DNA of 64,000 nucleotides from Kondoa subrosea (Eukaryota): NCBI GenBank assembly GCA_039545335.1, contig BCIN01000007.1, positions 248,001 to 312,000 of the forward strand, read 5' to 3'. Shown piece by piece: positions 61,080 to 64,000 of this stretch (position 1 is its first letter; each line of letters starts with the position of its first letter). The notes under the pieces were generated by a model. It saw only the letters and a program-made list of their open reading frames with translations, ran no database searches and was not told where the DNA came from. The position numbers and the translations under genes were made by a program.

Positions 61080-62923
61080 ATGAGCGAATATCGGCCGCTA
61101 GCTGGTGATACGGAATCAGCAAACAAGGGACAACTCGAAGGCAATGATACGGTACCATTATTACCTGTAGATGAGGAAGAGGCAGCTCAAGGGACGGTAC
61201 TAGGAAGTATAGCAAACTTGTCCAATACTATCTTAGGGACTGGAATGCTGAGGTTAGTTACCGAAAAGCTTTCGAGGTGGAAATAATGCTCACGAATTTA
61301 TGCTAGTATGCCGCATGCGGTTCGTCCTATAAGCTGTTCAGCGCACGTTTTTCTGAAGTAGCTGCAGGTGGCAGCCGGCGGGATTATTCCAGGAGCAATC
61401 ACTATTCTCTTCTCTGCTACAGTAGCTTCCTTTGGGCTGTATCTTCTGTCACGAAGTGCTGCAAGAGTGGGTCGGAAAGCATCTTTCGCAGCTCTATCTT
61501 CTATTACATTACCCTCTCTGCAAGTTGTCTTCGACAGCGCAATGTAGGTTCGTTTCATACATCAAAAAATATCACTCATACTACATGCAGAGCCCTCAAG
61601 TGCTTTGGCGTCTCTATCTCTTATCTCATCATCATCGGCAGTCTTATGCCCAAAGTAGTCTTATCCTTCGCTTCACACCCAGAAAACGTACCCGAAATCT
61701 TGTTGGACCGAAGACTTTGGCTTACTATTTCCATGACGATTCTTACGCCAATCTGTTTCTTCAAATCACTCAATGCGTTGAGGTATACTTCCTACGTCGC
61801 TCTACTTGCTGTTGGAGATCTGGTCTTTGTGAGTCGGACTACCCTTTTGTGCTCGATTCAAGCTGAAAGTCTGTTCAGGTCGTCATTTACAAGTACTTTG
61901 ACAGATCAGGTCTAGAATTACCGAGGCATGTCGATATCTTTCATGTATCGCCAGCCCTTCTATCAAGTCTGCCAGTGTACAGTCGGTTTTCCATACCGCT
62001 AGCGTAATCAAGCTAATAGCTTGACAGTCTTCGCTTTCACTTGCGCTCAGAATCTCATGCCGGTACATAACGAATTGAAAGATGTGAGTACCTGCTCTCA
62101 CTCAAGTATGGGAGAGTTGCTGACCTCGTCCAAACAGAACTCGCAAAGTCGCATGAACCTTGTTATCGGAACATCGATAGGTTCAGCAGCGGGCATCTAT
62201 GAGATTATTGGACTGTTAGGCTATTTGACATTCGGTACAGATGCGCGTCCACTAGTCACATCATTTCAAGACCTTTCTGATAAAAAAGATAGGTAGCGAG
62301 CAATATCATGGAATCTTATCACAATTCAGTGGCCATCTCTATTTGTCGACTAGGAATAGTCATCATGGTTCTCTTCTCCTATCCATTACAACTACACCCT
62401 TGTCGAGCGTCATTGGAGAAAGTCTTTACGAAACGAGATCCTTTGCAACCTGTTTCTACCGATCATGGAGCTATGGCTGCGGATGTGAGCTTGTTGAAAT
62501 ATGTAGGGATGACAGCGGGGACCTTGTTGGCAACTTTTTTGATTGCTATTCAAGTGTCACAATTGGAAGTGGTCCGTTCCAGTCTCCTTCTCTTGGGTGT
62601 TGGAACTGATCAATAGGAGCAGGTCTTGGGTTTTGTTGGAGCGACAGGATCAACTACAATCAGTTTCATCCTTCCCGCATGGTTCTTTATCAAATTGTTT
62701 TCGAATTCGGAAAACAAGCAAGATCGATTATTGAGAAGATGTGCTTATGCGTTATTCGTTTTTGGGTTCTGTGTCATGTTTGTTTGTCTAGGGTTGAATA
62801 TCTAGTAAGTTCTTACATTGCTGATGTTCAGGGAGAAGAAGCTGATCATCGGAATGCAGTGAACTTGTGCAACCTACACATAGAGTAGGTAGAGGGAAGC
62901 AGCATGATCATTCCACTTTGTAA
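61080..62923 (+). CDS. Vacuolar amino-acid transporter (AVT5/6/7, AAAP family)
   Basis: SIANLSNTILGTGML-MPHA, LKCFGVSISYLIIIG, LNALRYTS, VFAFTCAQN, LFSYPLQLHPCRASL, VLGFVGATGSTTISFILP. Confidence 0.93.
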
Positions 62924-63421
62924 CATTACGTATTGTATGAGTACCCTCACTGTTATCCTACACCTCGCTGAAGACGTATGCTTATGTAAACCGCATCGCT
63001 CGCTCTTGATTATTCAACAACTGATGCAGCTTCTTTCCACATGTGCTCTTCCAGCTTCTAGCTTCATACGCCCACTGGTTGTGCATCGAATTGAATTGCT
63101 TCGATATATGACGCACATTGATAGAAAGATCTGCAAACGTGCAGTGAATCACTCTTGAAATTTTCAGCCTTCTCTCTTGCTTCCCTACAGATACCTTCCA
63201 TCAATTCCCTTATCGAGCAGTCAGTGCTGTGCGTGCCTCGGACATCGTAAAGTTCCCTAGAGACAACTAATTTCAGTCTCAACTTGGCGAAATCCAGCCT
63301 CTTCCCTTCCGCTTCCGCTTTATTTCTTCAAGCAACGTTCTCTTCCTTACACACACACTCAGTCGATACAGATATCCTTTAGCCTCTCATATATCCCATT
63401 CCTTCATCAACACCGCCGATC

Positions 63422-64000
63422 ATGATGCACGGCAGTCTTCTTACCTTCGTTTCCCTGGCAGCTCTTGTCGTTGCGCAGCAAAATCAAGTTGGTCCTTTGA
63501 TGCTTTGATACTGGCTCTACGTTGACTCATGTATGCCTGCTGTAGACTCGTAACCTTACACCAGATGGATTTTGGCACAATAGGTCAGTTTGATAACTCA
63601 AAATTTGCATCTTACGATCAAAGCTCATTGAATACGTAATAGATACTTCTCCATCTTGTCAATGGGCTCATACGGCGACTACAACACCCGTACGTCCATA
63701 CTTTCCTCTTATCAGATCATTGTGCTCGGTCATGCTCATGCTTGTTTTCGTTCTTGATAGTCTGCCCTAATCAGACTTTCACTAAAGAAGAACAGCTCAA
63801 GAACTTCCCTGGTTCAAGTAAGCTTTTTCACATTGCCAAGAGAAAGTTTCCTAATCAAAGTCATTCCGATCAAACAGCGCTCGTACCTTGGGAATTGATT
63901 GAACAATGGGGACCAACGCCATCAGGGGGTCAAGGTTTCTCAGCAGTCGTACCAGAGATGAACAAGGTCGTTGTTGTCTTCCAAGGAAATCCTCAAGTTG
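63422..64000 (+). CDS. Secreted lipase class 3-like protein, 3'-truncated by the window edge
   Basis: Signal peptide MMHGSLLTFVSLAALVVAQ; spliced ...WGPTPSGGQGFSAVVPEMNKVVVVFQG resembles the lipase-3 N-terminal GFxA...IVVxFRG strand; the catalytic motif lies outside the window. Confidence 0.55.

Overview
Gene-dense, intron-rich eukaryotic DNA, read as a fungal genome. Introns are short (~50-65 nt) GT-AG with CTRAY branch sites, micro-exons are frequent, and intergenic gaps are often under 300 bp. The gene content suggests a basidiomycete, possibly Pucciniomycotina-like (inference). I spliced about 37 genes by eye; many ORFs in the supplied track are single exons or antisense noise. Recognisable genes: zinc alcohol dehydrogenase, Scm3-domain protein, RPS14, secreted carboxylesterase, BUD20, cyanamide hydratase, kynurenine 3-monooxygenase, two F-box/LRR proteins, APP1, TVP38, an alpha/beta-hydrolase, a SAP30-like protein, pyruvate dehydrogenase kinase, a Kar9-like protein, a Zn2Cys6 factor, an HD phosphohydrolase, coactosin, POP4, ER cyclophilin, ketopantoate reductase, a PDR ABC transporter, an AVT amino-acid transporter and a truncated lipase-like gene. 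I could not support any tRNA, rRNA, CRISPR array or intact transposon. Most interesting: (1) the ER cyclophilin ends RGEL-TGA-CTA, followed by an in-frame 36-codon transmembrane-plus-tail extension, a candidate readthrough switch between a soluble and a membrane-anchored foldase; (2) an intronless orphan with R/S-x-S/Q-x-E ADP-ribosyltransferase-like motifs; (3) a secreted precursor with 8 KR sites and only phase-1 introns (Kex2-processed peptide candidate); (4) a ~1.3 kb tandem duplication giving two intact 5-exon orphan paralogs with C-terminal PPPY motifs plus a decayed copy of the Scm3 3' end. All calls come from reading the sequence without tools, so exon boundaries are approximate.
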